Shown: positions 1 to 10,492, counted from the stretch's first letter. The stretch: 64,000 nucleotides of DNA from Burkholderiales bacterium (GCA_039930465.1 JBDTTU010000006.1:6317-70316); one strand, 5' to 3'. Made by a program: numbers and translations. Notes: generated from the letters alone by a model not told the origin.

Positions 1-921
1 GCCGAGCTTGCGCGGCTCGTCCTTGGTGGTGAACAGTGCAACCCAGATCGCTTCGAACATCGCGAGTGGCTCGGGCTCGAGCAGCGCTTTCTCGATGCGG
101 CCGGCAGCTTCCTTCGGCCTGGCGCCACCCTGCCCGAGCATCAACGCCAGCTCGCGCAGCGACTCGCGCCACGGCATGGTCTGCAGTGCCTGGGCCGGGT
201 GCGAACCGGGGCTGCACGCCGCGGCCACGCTGCCCTCGAGCGCCCCGGCCGCATCGCTCAGTTCGAATTCGACCCGCTTGGACCATGCCGCTTCGAACCA
301 CTTGCGCACCTGGCTGCGGCCACGCTGCGCAACGAGCGCCTGGTGGTCGCGCTGCAGCGCCGGGTCGCGCAGGATCGCCGCGTGAAAGCGCCGGAACACT
401 TCGGCGCGGTGGTCTTCGATGTCTTCGATCAGCTCCATGTCGGGCTGCAGCCCGAGCTCGGCCAGCAGTTCCAGCGGCGCGGCGCGCAGCAGTTGCGAAA
501 ACCAGGCGTGGAAGGTGCGGATCTCGACCGGGCGGCCACCCGCCAGCAGCCGCTCGTGCAGGCCAGCGAGTTCGGGCGCAAGCGCGTCGGCCTTCGAGCG
601 CGGCAGGCCACGCTCGACCAGCGCCCGCACGCGAACCTCGTGCGCGGTGCCGGGCGCGGCGAATTCGCGCAGCCATTCGTTCAGGCGCTGGCGCATTTCA
701 CCGGCGGCTTTGCGGGTGAAGGTGATCGCGAGAATCTCGTGCGGCTGCGCGCCTTCGAGCAGTGCCCGCAGCATGCGCGAGACCAGCATCCAGGTCTTGC
801 CGGCGCCCGCACAGGCTTCGACGACGACACTGCGCTGCGGGTCGCAGGCCAGCGCGTAGAACGCATCGCGCGCGACCGGCTCGCCGCCGGCCTGGTAGGC
901 CGCCGCGCTGGCGCCGCTCAT
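1..921 (-). CDS. addA: UvrD/AddA-like ATP-dependent helicase-nuclease subunit (5' part; runs off the left edge)
   Basis: Not in the ORF track; read manually from ATG at 921: MSGASAAAYQAGGEPVARDAFYALACDPQRSVVVEACAGAGKTWMLVSRMLRALLEGAQPHEILAITFTRKAAGEM. Contains Walker A (AGAGKT) and the UvrD motif Ia (ITFTRKAA). ATGA overlap with the addB stop. Confidence 0.85.
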   Translation of the reverse strand, partial: MSGASAAAYQAGGEPVARDAFYALACDPQRSVVVEACAGAGKTWMLVSRMLRALLEGAQPHEILAITFTRKAAGEMRQRLNEWLREFAAPGTAHEVRVRALVERGLPRSKADALAPELAGLHERLLAGGRPVEIRTFHAWFSQLLRAAPLELLAELGLQPDMELIEDIEDHRAEVFRRFHAAILRDPALQRDHQALVAQRGRSQVRKWFEAAWSKRVEFELSDAAGALEGSVAAACSPGSHPAQALQTMPWRESLRELALMLGQGGARPKEAAGRIEKALLEPEPLAMFEAIWVALFTTKDEPRKLG

Positions 922-3581
922 GCCACACGCTCCGAAGACGACCACTGGTCGCGGCGGCACACGCCGCGCGCGGCGCAGAAATCGCACGTCGCACCCTCGC
1001 CGAGCGCCGGCAGGCCGCCGCCGGCGCGTATGCGCGACAGGTCGTGGGCCAGCCCCGTGACCAACACCGCGGCACTGGCTGCGACGTTCTTGTGCTCGAC
1101 CTCGTCGATGCGGCTCGTGCCGTCGACCGCGAGGTAGATCGCCTTCAGCGGCAGCGTCGTCTGCGTACCGGCCAGCGCGGCGTAAAACGCGAGCTGCGTG
1201 TCTTCGAGCGGCTCGCTGACCTTGTCGCGCAGGCCGCTGACGTGGCCGGTCTTGTAGTCGATCAGTTGCTGCGCTTCAACGCCTTCGGCCAGCACCGAGT
1301 CGACGCGGTCAATGACGCCGTGCAGCACCAGGCCGTCGAGTTCGGGCGGCGCGATAGTGATCTCGGCTTCGCCGCGCAGCCAGCGCGCACCGCGTGCCTC
1401 GCGCTCGTGCAGCCAGGCCACGTAGCGCGGCGCGAAAGCGGCGAACGACGCGGCGAACGGCAGAAACTCGGCCTCGTCGAGCCCCTGCGCACTTTGGCCT
1501 GCACGAGCCAGGGCCAGCAATCGCGCCAGATCGTCGGCGGGTTCGGCCGGCACGAGGCGGTCGCGATGGAAGTGATACAGCACGCTGTGCAGCCAGGTGC
1601 CGTAGTCACGCTTCTCGACTTCGGTGTCGAGCTCGTCTTCTTCACGCAGGCGCAACAGGTTGAGTGCGAAGAACCGGTACGGGCAGGCACGCAAGGCTTC
1701 GCAGGCGCTGGCCGACAAGCGCCCGGGCAGCAGGCCGCCGGCTCCGGGCGCGCTGCGGAAGATCGGCGTGGCTTCGAGCACACGCTCGTGGCCGGGGTCT
1801 TGCCACGGCAAGAGCGAACGCCCGGCGTGCGCGAGCGCCAACGCCAGGCGCTCGAGCAGCGGGCTCGCCGCCAGCGGTTCGGGGCCGTCGGCGCGGCGCC
1901 GCAGGAAGGTGATGCGCGCTGTTCGCAAGGCCTGCCCGAACGCGCTCGCCTCGGCGGTGCGGCGCTGCGCGGCATCGGGCAGGCCGAGGGCCAGCATCTG
2001 CGCTTCGCCGAGCAGTGCGTGCGGCGCCGCACGGGCGCCGAGGTGTTTGTCGTCGGCCCCGGGGAACACGGTGGCGGCGAAGGGCCGCAGCATCGCGCGC
2101 GCCAGCGGCACGATCGCGACCTGCGCGCCTTCGCCCGCGGCGGGAAGAAAGGTTTCCTGCTCGAGCACGCGGTCGACCCAGGCGCAGAACTCGGTGAACG
2201 ACATGGCGAACGTGGCTGCGGTCGCGGCCCAGGCGCTGGCACCCGCACGCGCTGCGTCGAGCCGCAACGCCACCAGCAGTTGGCGCCCGGCCTCGTCGGT
2301 GGTGAGCAGGGGCATCGCGCCGCAGCGTTGCAAGGCCTGCGCCAGCGTGGCCAGCCAGGCCTGCAGCGGCAGGCGCCCGGGCGGCGCGAGGTCGCGCAGC
2401 ACCGCGCCCGCCACAGCCCAGAGCTGCGCTGCCGGTTCGTCGAGCTCGGCCCGGCCGAGCGCCGCGAGGCTCGTCAGCTGTTGCTTTCGGCAGGCCGATT
2501 CGAGTGCGGCGAGCGCCGCCGCGTGGCCAGGCGCCGACCACGCGGTGCCCGCCCGCAACCAGTCGAACAAGGCATCGATGCGCGCGTCGGAACGCGCAGC
2601 GCCGAACAGCGCCATCACCTGCGCGGCGGCGCGTGTGGTCGACAGTTTCCAGCCGGTTTCGTCGATCACGCCGACCTGCTGGCGTTCGAGCAAGGCGCGC
2701 ACGCGGCGCACGAGCGCACGGTCCTGCGCGATCAATGCCACCGGCTGTTCGCGTCGGCGCAGGTGCTCCAGCACCGTGGCTGCCGTGCAGGCCGCTTCGT
2801 CTTCGAAGCTTTCGCAGACAGCGAGCGCTGGCAGCGCCGCGCTGTCGAGCAGCCCGAAGGGCTGGCCTTCGGGTGCATCGCAGTCGATCAGCAGGGCCCT
2901 CCCCGGTGCATCGCTCAACAGACGCACGCAGAGCGCGTCGGGGCCACCGGCCTGCACCACGATCCAGGCCGAGGGCTGCAAGGTGAACAATCGATCGGTG
3001 GCCGGTGCCGAAGCGAGGCTGGCCCATTCGAGTGCCACACGCGCCAGCCGCCGGGCGGTGGCGCCGGGCCCGGCCAGCGGCACCAGCAGCGCGCGGGCGC
3101 GGTCCCAGTGGGCAGGCCGTTCGGCCGGAGGCACGGCCGCCGCAGCGCGCACGATCTCGTGGCCCGTGGCCACCACCTGGTCGACCGCCTGCTCGAACCC
3201 GCGCGCGTCGCGGCTGGCCCAGGCAGCGCCCCAGGCTTGCGAGCGCAACAACTGGGCGGCTGTCAGTGCATCGACCGCGGCGTCAAACGTGATCTGGCCT
3301 GGCTCGGCCGACGCTTCAGGCCCAAGGCTGGCGGCGAGTGTGCGTGTGGTCTCGATGCGCGGGCTCCAACCGCCGGCCCGCGCGAAGGCGGTACGCGCCA
3401 ATGGCAGCAACTGCGCGAACGGCAGCAGCACGACCGCGTCGCGCAACGCCAACGAGCGCGACTGCGCCCATTCATTGACCTGCCGGGCCAGCGCCGGCCA
3501 GGGATCAGGGGCGTATTCGCTGCTTTCAAGGGCCACGCGGGCTATGGTTGCCATAGGCAGGAAGGCAGCGCTGCGCGCCAC
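918..3581 (-). CDS. addB: AddB-like PD-(D/E)XK nuclease family protein
   Basis: C-terminal RecB-type nuclease motifs (GVIDRVD...LIDYKTG, QLAFYA) and Fe-S staple cysteines (RACPY...CDFCAARGVC). Coupled to addA. The start may be ATG 3554. Confidence 0.8.
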   Translation of the reverse strand: MARSAAFLPMATIARVALESSEYAPDPWPALARQVNEWAQSRSLALRDAVVLLPFAQLLPLARTAFARAGGWSPRIETTRTLAASLGPEASAEPGQITFDAAVDALTAAQLLRSQAWGAAWASRDARGFEQAVDQVVATGHEIVRAAAAVPPAERPAHWDRARALLVPLAGPGATARRLARVALEWASLASAPATDRLFTLQPSAWIVVQAGGPDALCVRLLSDAPGRALLIDCDAPEGQPFGLLDSAALPALAVCESFEDEAACTAATVLEHLRRREQPVALIAQDRALVRRVRALLERQQVGVIDETGWKLSTTRAAAQVMALFGAARSDARIDALFDWLRAGTAWSAPGHAAALAALESACRKQQLTSLAALGRAELDEPAAQLWAVAGAVLRDLAPPGRLPLQAWLATLAQALQRCGAMPLLTTDEAGRQLLVALRLDAARAGASAWAATAATFAMSFTEFCAWVDRVLEQETFLPAAGEGAQVAIVPLARAMLRPFAATVFPGADDKHLGARAAPHALLGEAQMLALGLPDAAQRRTAEASAFGQALRTARITFLRRRADGPEPLAASPLLERLALALAHAGRSLLPWQDPGHERVLEATPIFRSAPGAGGLLPGRLSASACEALRACPYRFFALNLLRLREEDELDTEVEKRDYGTWLHSVLYHFHRDRLVPAEPADDLARLLALARAGQSAQGLDEAEFLPFAASFAAFAPRYVAWLHEREARGARWLRGEAEITIAPPELDGLVLHGVIDRVDSVLAEGVEAQQLIDYKTGHVSGLRDKVSEPLEDTQLAFYAALAGTQTTLPLKAIYLAVDGTSRIDEVEHKNVAASAAVLVTGLAHDLSRIRAGGGLPALGEGATCDFCAARGVCRRDQWSSSERVA

Positions 3582-3655
3582 GGGGGTTGGGGCTTTGTGT
3601 CAGAATCATTGTGCCTTGCCACCCACTTCACGCGGTGCTTGCCTGAGGACAATCA

Positions 3656-3985
3656 ATGAGCAGCGAACTGATCAAACACACTTCCGACGCATCGTTCGAC
3701 ACCGATGTGCTGAAGGCCGACAAACCCGTGCTGGTCGACTACTGGGCCGAATGGTGCGGCCCGTGCAAGATGATTGCGCCGATCCTCGACGAAGTCTCGA
3801 AAGACTACGACGGCCGCCTGAAGATCGCCAAGATGAACGTTGACGAGAACCGCGACGTACCGGCGAAGTTCGGTATTCGTGGCATTCCGACCTTGATGCT
3901 TTTCAAGGACGGCCAGCTCGCCGCCACCAAGGTCGGCGCCCTGTCGAAAGCCCAGTTGACCGCGTTCCTCGACGGTCATCTATAA
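3656..3985 (+). CDS. trxA: Thioredoxin 1
   Basis: WCGPC active site, 109 aa, directly upstream of rho. Confidence 0.98.
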   Translation: MSSELIKHTSDASFDTDVLKADKPVLVDYWAEWCGPCKMIAPILDEVSKDYDGRLKIAKMNVDENRDVPAKFGIRGIPTLMLFKDGQLAATKVGALSKAQLTAFLDGHL

Positions 3986-3986
3986 T
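3956..3986 (+). promoter_or_regulatory. Putative sigma70 promoter for rho embedded in the trxA 3' end
   Basis: TTGACC (3956-3961), 19-bp spacer, TATAAT (3981-3986) overlapping the trxA stop codon. Confidence 0.55.
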
Positions 3987-4248
3987 CTGCGTTAACCGCT
4001 GCAGAAACCGGCGCTTACCCAGCTCCCGGTTTCTGCCGCAAGAGATCTGCCCCCACCGCACGACGCGGGCCGCTGAATCAGCGTAGCAGCGTCAACGCCC
4101 ACCCGGCGGCGCGTGTTTTCGGCACCCCCACTTCCCGTTCGTCGCGCGCTGCGCATTTCCGTACCCGGTCCTCTCTCTAGTTCCGGCTGCTCTCCAGGCT
4201 GGCCCTGCCCCGCGGCAGGCCGCCCGCATTCACCCAGGGTGTTCACCC

Positions 4249-5511
4249 ATGCATCTTTCAGAACTCAAGCTGATCCACGTCTCCGAGCTCATCACGATGG
4301 GCGAGGCGCTCGAGATCGAGAACGTCGCCCGCATGCGCAAGCAGGAGCTGATGTTCGCGATCATGAAGAAGCGCGCCAAGGCCGGCGAGCAGGTGTTCGG
4401 CGACGGCGTGCTCGAAGTGCTGCCCGACGGCTTCGGCTTCCTGCGCTCGCCCGACGCCAGCTACATGGCGTCGACCGACGACATCTACCTGAGCCCGAGC
4501 CAGATCCGGCGCTTCAACCTGCACACCGGCGACGCGATCGAAGGCGAAGTGCGGGTGCCGAAAGACGGCGAGCGTTATTTCGCGCTGGTGAAGGTCGACC
4601 GCGTGAACGGCGTGACCCCTGAGGAGGCCAAGCACAAGGTGATGTTCGAGAACCTGACGCCCTTGTTTCCCAAGGAGCAGTTCAAGCTCGAACGCGAGAT
4701 CAAGACCGACGAGAACATCACCAGCCGCATCATCGACCTGGTCGCACCGATCGGCAAAGGCCAGCGCGCGCTGCTGGTCGCGCAGCCCAAGACCGGCAAG
4801 ACGGTGATGATGCAGCAGCTGGCGCATGCGCTGGTCGCCAACCACCCCGAGGTCTACCTGATCGTGCTGCTGGTCGACGAGCGGCCCGAAGAAGTGACCG
4901 AAATGGTGCGCACGGTGCGCGGCGAGGTCATCAGCTCGACCTTCGACGAGCCCGCCGCGCGCCACGTGCAGGTGGCCGAAATGGTGATCGAGCGCGCCAA
5001 GCGCCTGGTCGAGATGAAAAGAGACGTGGTGATCCTGCTCGACTCGATCACACGCCTCGCCCGCGCCTACAACAACGTGTTGCCCTCCAGCGGCAAGGTG
5101 CTCACCGGCGGCATGGACTCGAACGCACTGCAGCGCCCGAAACGTTTCTTCGGCGCGGCTCGAAACGTCGAGGAAGGTGGCTCGCTGACCATCATCGGCA
5201 CCGCCCTGATCGACACCGGCAGCCGCATGGACGAAGTGATCTACGAAGAGTTCAAGGGCACCGGCAACTGCGAAATCCACCTGGATCGCCGCATGGCCGA
5301 GAAGCGCGTCTACCCGTCGATCCTGATCAACAAGAGCGGCACCCGCCGCGAAGAACTGCTGCTGCAGCCCGAGATCCTGCAAAAGACCTGGATCCTGCGA
5401 AAGCTGCTCTACCCGATGGACGAGATCGAGGCGATGGAATTCATTCTCGACAAGATGAAGTCGACGAAGAACAACCACGACTTCTTCGACATGATGCGCC
5501 GGGGCGGGTAG
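4249..5511 (+). CDS. rho: Transcription termination factor Rho
   Basis: [20 protein letters not shown]-binding motif, [18 protein letters not shown]-loop, DERPEEVT; 420 aa. Confidence 0.99.
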   Translation: MHLSELKLIHVSELITMGEALEIENVARMRKQELMFAIMKKRAKAGEQVFGDGVLEVLPDGFGFLRSPDASYMASTDDIYLSPSQIRRFNLHTGDAIEGEVRVPKDGERYFALVKVDRVNGVTPEEAKHKVMFENLTPLFPKEQFKLEREIKTDENITSRIIDLVAPIGKGQRALLVAQPKTGKTVMMQQLAHALVANHPEVYLIVLLVDERPEEVTEMVRTVRGEVISSTFDEPAARHVQVAEMVIERAKRLVEMKRDVVILLDSITRLARAYNNVLPSSGKVLTGGMDSNALQRPKRFFGAARNVEEGGSLTIIGTALIDTGSRMDEVIYEEFKGTGNCEIHLDRRMAEKRVYPSILINKSGTRREELLLQPEILQKTWILRKLLYPMDEIEAMEFILDKMKSTKNNHDFFDMMRRGG

Positions 5512-5527
5512 CCGGCGCCGCCCGAGC

Positions 5528-5533
5528 TATAAT
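5528..5533 (+). promoter_or_regulatory. Putative -10 element of the rpmE promoter
   Basis: Perfect TATAAT about 100 bp upstream of rpmE, flanked by the inverted repeat CCCGAG/CTCGGG. No clear -35. Confidence 0.5.
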
Positions 5534-5633
5534 CTCGGGTTTTCCGCTTGACGGAAAGTGCACCGAATGGTTCGGTGTGGCTCCCGTAACGACGGCGACC
5601 AAGTCGCCGAGGCAAATCATCAGCGAGGTTCGC

Positions 5634-5894
5634 ATGAAAGAAGGCATTCACCCCACGTACCGCGAAGTGTGCTTCGTGGATCTGTCCAACGGTTTCAAGT
5701 TCGTGACGCGCTCGTGCGCCACCAGCAAGGAAACCGTCAAGATGGACGACGGCCGCGAACTGCCGCTGTTCAAGCTGGAAACCACCAGCGAATCGCACCC
5801 GTTCTACACCGGCACGCAGAAGAGCGTTGACTCGCTGGGCGGCCGTGTCGAGAAGTTCCGCAACAAGTTTGCGCACCTGAGCACCAAGAAATAA
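5634..5894 (+). CDS. rpmE: 50S ribosomal protein L31 type B
   Basis: [12 protein letters not shown]...SESHPFYTG...GGRVEKF; 86 aa; lacks the paired CxxC zinc ribbon. Start reassigned from GTG 5577 to ATG 5634 (GAGG upstream). Confidence 0.95.
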   Translation: MKEGIHPTYREVCFVDLSNGFKFVTRSCATSKETVKMDDGRELPLFKLETTSESHPFYTGTQKSVDSLGGRVEKFRNKFAHLSTKK

Positions 5895-5915
5895 GGATGC
5901 TCCGCATCCCGGAAG

Positions 5916-5939
5916 AAGGCAGCCTCGGCTGCCTTTTTT
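5916..5939 (+). terminator. Intrinsic terminator after rpmE
   Basis: AAGGCAGCC-TC-GGCTGCCTT stem followed by a T run. Confidence 0.85.
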
Positions 5940-6013
5940 GTTGCCCGCCCGTTGCACCGCGACCCGCGCGCCCGAGTTGCTGCATCATTCGCGGCTGATT
6001 CCCGAGCCCTGCG

Positions 6014-7669
6014 TTGAACTCCCCGAACCCTGCCCTCGTCACCCAACGCGCCGCGCAGCCCATTCCGCGGCTGGCCTTGCTGCTGTTCTGCGCCGCCTAT
6101 GTGCTGCCCGGCCTGTTCGGCCGCGACCCGTGGAAGAGCGCCGACATCACCGCGTTCGGCTACATGGTGAACATCGCGCAGGGTCACACGCCCTGGCTCG
6201 CGCCAACCGTCGGCGGCTTGCCGGCCGACGCCGCGCTGCTGCCCTACTGGCTCGGCGCCTCGTTCATCAAGCTGCTGGGCCCATGGGTCGATCCGGCCGT
6301 GGCGGCGCGCATTCCGTTCTCGTTGCTGCTCGTCGTCGCGCTGGTACTGACCTGGTACGCCGCGTATCACCTGGCCCGCACCGAGGCCGCCCAACCGCTG
6401 CCTTTCGCGTTCGGTGGCGAGGCCAGCCCGACCGACTACGCAAGAGCCATTGCCGACGGAGCATTGCTGGCGCTGATCGCTTCGCTCGGCCTGCTCCAGC
6501 TCGGGCACGAAACCACGCCTGAACTGGCGCAACTGGCGAGCGTGGCGCTGTTCGTCTATGCGCTCGCAGCAAGCCCGTTCCGCGGCCTCCAACCCCGGCT
6601 CGCTGCGCTGGTGGCGCTGCCCGCCCTGGCAGCCAGCGGTGCGCCGAGCATGGCCCTGGCGCTGGGTGTGGTTGGGGCGGTGATCTGCCAACGTTCGAGC
6701 TACGAGACCGCACGACGATTTGTGCGCTGGATCGTGGCCAGCGTCGTGCTGGCGCTGGTCGTGGCGACCGCACTCGGCGCCTGGGGCTGGCGAGTCGGTG
6801 CGGGCGAGATCACGCTGGCCCGGGCGTGGGAACTGCTGCGCCTGCTCGCCTGGTTCACCTGGCCGGCCTGGCCGCTCGCGCTCTGGACGGCGTGGCGCTG
6901 GCGCGGCCAGCTTTCCGACCGTCACATCGCCATTCCGCTGGGAGGTGGCGGCGTGGCCCTCGTCGCCTGCGTGACGATGGGTGGCTCCGACCGCGCCCTG
7001 ATGCTCGCGCTGCCGCCGCTGGCCGTGCTGGCGGCCTTCGCGCTGCCCACGCTGCAACGCAGCACCGCCGCGGCCATCGACTGGTTTTCGGTCTTCTTCT
7101 TCAGCATCGGCAGCATCGTCATCTGGGTCGTCTATGCCTCGATCCAGACCGGTTTGCCCCGCCAGCCGGCCCTCAACATCGCGCGCCTCGCGCCCGGCTA
7201 CACACACAGTTTTTCGCTGCTGGCGCTGGCCCTGGCACTGTTCGGCACGCTGGCCTGGCTGTGGCTCGTGAAGTGGCGCACCGGGCGCAGCCGCCACCCG
7301 CTGTGGAAGAGCCTCGTGTTGCCGGCGAGCGGCGTGGCCCTGTGCTGGCTGCTGATGATGACGCTGCTGTTGCCACCGCTCGACCACGCACGCAGTTACC
7401 GTTCGCTGGTACAGCGCATTGCGCAGCAGGTGCCACGTGGCGCCTGCATCGCCGCGCCCGGCGTGCCGCGCGCGCAGGTGGTCGCGATGGAGCACCTCGG
7501 CGGCTACCGTGTCGATGCGCTGACACCCGCGCGCACCACCGCGTGTGACTACCTGGTGCAGATGCAGTCGGCCACATCGCCCGGGCCGGGATGGCGGCTG
7601 TTGGCCCGCGAGCGACGCAACACGCGCGACGACGAAACCACCACGGTCTACCGCCGCGCGAAAAGCTGA
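6014..7669 (+). CDS. ArnT/PMT-like (GT39/GT83) polytopic membrane glycosyltransferase
   Basis: 551 aa with many TM segments and an N-terminal LFGRDPWK..D motif resembling ArnT-like proteins. TTG start. Confidence 0.7.
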   Translation: MNSPNPALVTQRAAQPIPRLALLLFCAAYVLPGLFGRDPWKSADITAFGYMVNIAQGHTPWLAPTVGGLPADAALLPYWLGASFIKLLGPWVDPAVAARIPFSLLLVVALVLTWYAAYHLARTEAAQPLPFAFGGEASPTDYARAIADGALLALIASLGLLQLGHETTPELAQLASVALFVYALAASPFRGLQPRLAALVALPALAASGAPSMALALGVVGAVICQRSSYETARRFVRWIVASVVLALVVATALGAWGWRVGAGEITLARAWELLRLLAWFTWPAWPLALWTAWRWRGQLSDRHIAIPLGGGGVALVACVTMGGSDRALMLALPPLAVLAAFALPTLQRSTAAAIDWFSVFFFSIGSIVIWVVYASIQTGLPRQPALNIARLAPGYTHSFSLLALALALFGTLAWLWLVKWRTGRSRHPLWKSLVLPASGVALCWLLMMTLLLPPLDHARSYRSLVQRIAQQVPRGACIAAPGVPRAQVVAMEHLGGYRVDALTPARTTACDYLVQMQSATSPGPGWRLLARERRNTRDDETTTVYRRAKS

Positions 7670-7676
7670 ACGCGCC

Positions 7677-9038
7677 TCAGCCGAACGCGCTTTGGGCGGC
7701 GTTGGACGCGCTCGGCACGGCCGCGCCGGCAGCGCTGGCGCGAACTCTGGCCGCCGGGAACACCAACCGGAACACCGAACCCTTGCCAACTTCACTCTGA
7801 ATGTCGAGCTCACCACCGTGGCGCTGCACCACGTGCTTGACGATCGACAGACCGAGCCCGGTGCCCCCGGTATCGCGCGAGCGGCTGCCGTCGACACGGT
7901 AGAAGCGTTCGGCCAGGCGCGGCAGGTGCTCGCGCGCGATGCCCGGCCCGCTGTCTACGACGGCGATCTCGCCCGACCCATCGGCCTGCACGCACCAAGT
8001 CAATTCAATGCGGCCGCCCTCGGGCGTATAGCGCACCGCGTTGTTGACGAGGTTCGTGATCGCGCTCTGCAGTTCGCTCTGCGCGCCGGCAATCTGCGCG
8101 TCGGTCTCGGCCGCAAAAACCAGTGTGTGGCGCCCTGCCGACAGCACCCGCGCGTCGACCTCGATCTGCGCCAGCAGCGGCTTCAGCGCCACCCAGCGGT
8201 CAGCGTTGGGCCGCGGGCTGCCTTCGAGCTGCGCCAGCGTGAGCAGGTCGCTCACCAGCGAGCCCATGCGATCGGCCTGTTGCGTCATCAGTTGCAACAC
8301 CCGTTTGCGCTCGACCTCGGTCAGCGGCAGGCTGCGCAGCGTTTCGATGAAACCCGACAGCACCGTCAGCGGTGTGCGGATCTCGTGCGACACGTTGGCG
8401 ACGAAGTGGCGCCGCATGCCGTCGGAGCGCTCGCGCTCGGTGATGTCGAGCGACAGCACCAGCTTCTGCGCGTCACCGTATTCGCGCACCAGCACCGACA
8501 GCAGCCCCTTGCCGCGTGGTTCGGGCATCTGCACCGGTTCGTCGAACTTTCCGGCCTGCAGGTAAGCCACGAACGCCGGCGCACGAACCAGGTTGGTGAT
8601 GCGTTGGCGGCGGTCACGCTGCGGGTCGAGCCCGAAATGGTCGGCGGCGAGCGAGTTGCACCACTCGATCTGGTCGCCCGCGTCGAGCAGCATCACACCG
8701 TTCGGCGAGGCCTCGATCGCCGAGAGAAACTGCGTGAGCCGGTTGCGTTCGGTCGTGGCCGACAGCTCGCGCAAACGCAGTGAGCGTTCGATGCGGTAAC
8801 CGAGCTCGCCCCACAAGCCGGCGTCGCGCGGCGCCGGCCCTTCTTGCGAACCACGCAACCAGGCGATCAGGCGGTAGCCGTGCAAGGTGTCGCGCACCAC
8901 GATCACGGTGATGGCAAACGCGCCACCCAGCAACAAACCCGCCAGCGACGCATTGGTACGATCGAACCACAGGCCCATCAGGCCGCCGGCCAGCATCGCC
9001 AGCACGACCGCCAGGAAACGCGGCAGTAACCAGATCAT
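7677..9038 (-). CDS. phoR: Phosphate regulon sensor kinase PhoR
   Basis: PAS region, H-box FVANVSHEIRTPLT, NAVRY, DSGPGI and GGTGLGL boxes; follows phoB. Confidence 0.96.
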   Translation of the reverse strand: MIWLLPRFLAVVLAMLAGGLMGLWFDRTNASLAGLLLGGAFAITVIVVRDTLHGYRLIAWLRGSQEGPAPRDAGLWGELGYRIERSLRLRELSATTERNRLTQFLSAIEASPNGVMLLDAGDQIEWCNSLAADHFGLDPQRDRRQRITNLVRAPAFVAYLQAGKFDEPVQMPEPRGKGLLSVLVREYGDAQKLVLSLDITERERSDGMRRHFVANVSHEIRTPLTVLSGFIETLRSLPLTEVERKRVLQLMTQQADRMGSLVSDLLTLAQLEGSPRPNADRWVALKPLLAQIEVDARVLSAGRHTLVFAAETDAQIAGAQSELQSAITNLVNNAVRYTPEGGRIELTWCVQADGSGEIAVVDSGPGIAREHLPRLAERFYRVDGSRSRDTGGTGLGLSIVKHVVQRHGGELDIQSEVGKGSVFRLVFPAARVRASAAGAAVPSASNAAQSAFG

Positions 9039-9051
9039 CGGGCGCGGCGCC

Positions 9052-9759
9052 TCACGCCGAAAGCGCTTGCGCCACCGGCTGTTGTGTCAGGCGATAGCCG
9101 GCGCCGCGCACGGTCTCGATCATCGTGGCGCACTGCACCGGGTTGAGCGCTTCGCGCAAGCGCTTCACGTGAACATCGACCGTGCGCTCTTCGATGAACA
9201 CGTGGTCGCCCCAGACGCGGTCGAGCAGTTGCGCCCGGCTGTGCACACGCTCTGGGTGGGTCATGAAGAAGTGCAGCAGGCGGAACTCGGTGGCACCCAC
9301 CTTCACCTCGGCATCACCGCGCGTCACGCGGCGCGTCGACGGGTCGATCTTGAGCGCGCCCACTTCCACCGCCGCGTCGAGCGCCTCGGGCGCCTTGCGG
9401 CGCAGCAGTGCGCGAATACGCGCCATCAGTTCGTTGGTCGAGAACGGTTTGGTGAGGTAGTCGTCGGCGCCCGAGTCGAGCCCGGTGATCTTGTCGGCTT
9501 CATCGGCGCGCGCGGTGAGCATGATCACCGGCAGCTCGCGCGTGCGCGCTTCGCTGCGCCAGCGCTTGGCCAGCGCCACGCCCGACTGGCCCGGCAACAT
9601 CCAGTCGAGGATGATCAGGTCGGGCAGTTCGCCGTTGACCGCTGCCTGCGCCTGCTCGGCCGTGCCGGCGATCGTGACTTCGAAGCCGGCGTGCCGCAGG
9701 TTGATGGAGATCAGCTCGGCGATTGCCGATTCGTCTTCGACCACGAGGATGTGGCTCAT
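9052..9759 (-). CDS. phoB: Phosphate regulon response regulator PhoB
   Basis: MSHILVVEDE, LDWMLP receiver, OmpR-type tail (VWGDHVFIEERTVDVHVKRLR). Start set at ATG 9759. Confidence 0.97.
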   Translation of the reverse strand: MSHILVVEDESAIAELISINLRHAGFEVTIAGTAEQAQAAVNGELPDLIILDWMLPGQSGVALAKRWRSEARTRELPVIMLTARADEADKITGLDSGADDYLTKPFSTNELMARIRALLRRKAPEALDAAVEVGALKIDPSTRRVTRGDAEVKVGATEFRLLHFFMTHPERVHSRAQLLDRVWGDHVFIEERTVDVHVKRLREALNPVQCATMIETVRGAGYRLTQQPVAQALSA

Positions 9760-9784
9760 GCGCAGCTCCTGAATGCCGTTCGGG

Positions 9785-10492
9785 TCATCGAACCAGCGAC
9801 TCCACGTCAACGATCGAGTTGTGGCGCACGTCGGTGCCCTTGACGATGTAGATGATCTGCTCGGCCAGGTTCTTGGCGTGGTCGCCGACACGCTCGATCG
9901 CCTTGGCCACGAACACCAGGTCGATGCTGGAGGAAATGGTACGCGGGTCTTCCATCATGTAGGTGATGAGCTTGCGCATCAGGCCGTCGAACTCCTGATC
10001 GATCAGGTCGTCTTGCTTCAACACTTCGATCGCCTTGTCGACATCGAGCCGTGCAAAAGCGTCGAGCGCCTTGCGCAACTGGGCCACCGCCAGCTCCGAT
10101 TCGTAGGCCAGGTCATTCACCGGCAGCCGCATGCGGCTCGACGCGCCAGAATTCACCAGCCGCTGCACGGTGCGTGCAATGCGCGCCGCTTCGTCGCCCA
10201 CACGCTCGAGGTTGGCGATGGTCTTCGAGATCGCGATCAGCAGGCGCAGGTCGCGTGCGGTCGGCTGGCGCCGCGCGATGATGGTCGAAAGGTCGCGGTC
10301 GATCTCGATCTCGGTCGTGTTGACACGTTCTTCGGTGGCGAGCACGTCGGACGCGATGTCGGCGCTGAAGTTGGTCAGCGCGTAGACCGAGCGCGCGACC
10401 TGCGACTCGACCATGCCGCCCATTTCGAGCACGCGGGTCGAGATGCCGCTGAGCTCGGCATCAAATTGGGTGGAAAGGTGTTTGTCGCTCAT
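9785..10492 (-). CDS. phoU: Phosphate signalling protein PhoU
   Basis: Two PhoU repeats (LERVGDEA, IERVGDHAKN); between pstB and phoB. Confidence 0.97.
   Translation of the reverse strand: MSDKHLSTQFDAELSGISTRVLEMGGMVESQVARSVYALTNFSADIASDVLATEERVNTTEIEIDRDLSTIIARRQPTARDLRLLIAISKTIANLERVGDEAARIARTVQRLVNSGASSRMRLPVNDLAYESELAVAQLRKALDAFARLDVDKAIEVLKQDDLIDQEFDGLMRKLITYMMEDPRTISSSIDLVFVAKAIERVGDHAKNLAEQIIYIVKGTDVRHNSIVDVESLVR

Noticed and set aside
762-3659. 965-aa plus-strand ORF
   Set aside because: Antisense shadow of addB; low-complexity Arg/Ala/Gly/Gln content typical of GC-rich DNA, with no motifs.
5804-7897. 697-aa minus-strand ORF
   Set aside because: Antisense to the ArnT-like gene and rpmE; no recognisable domain.
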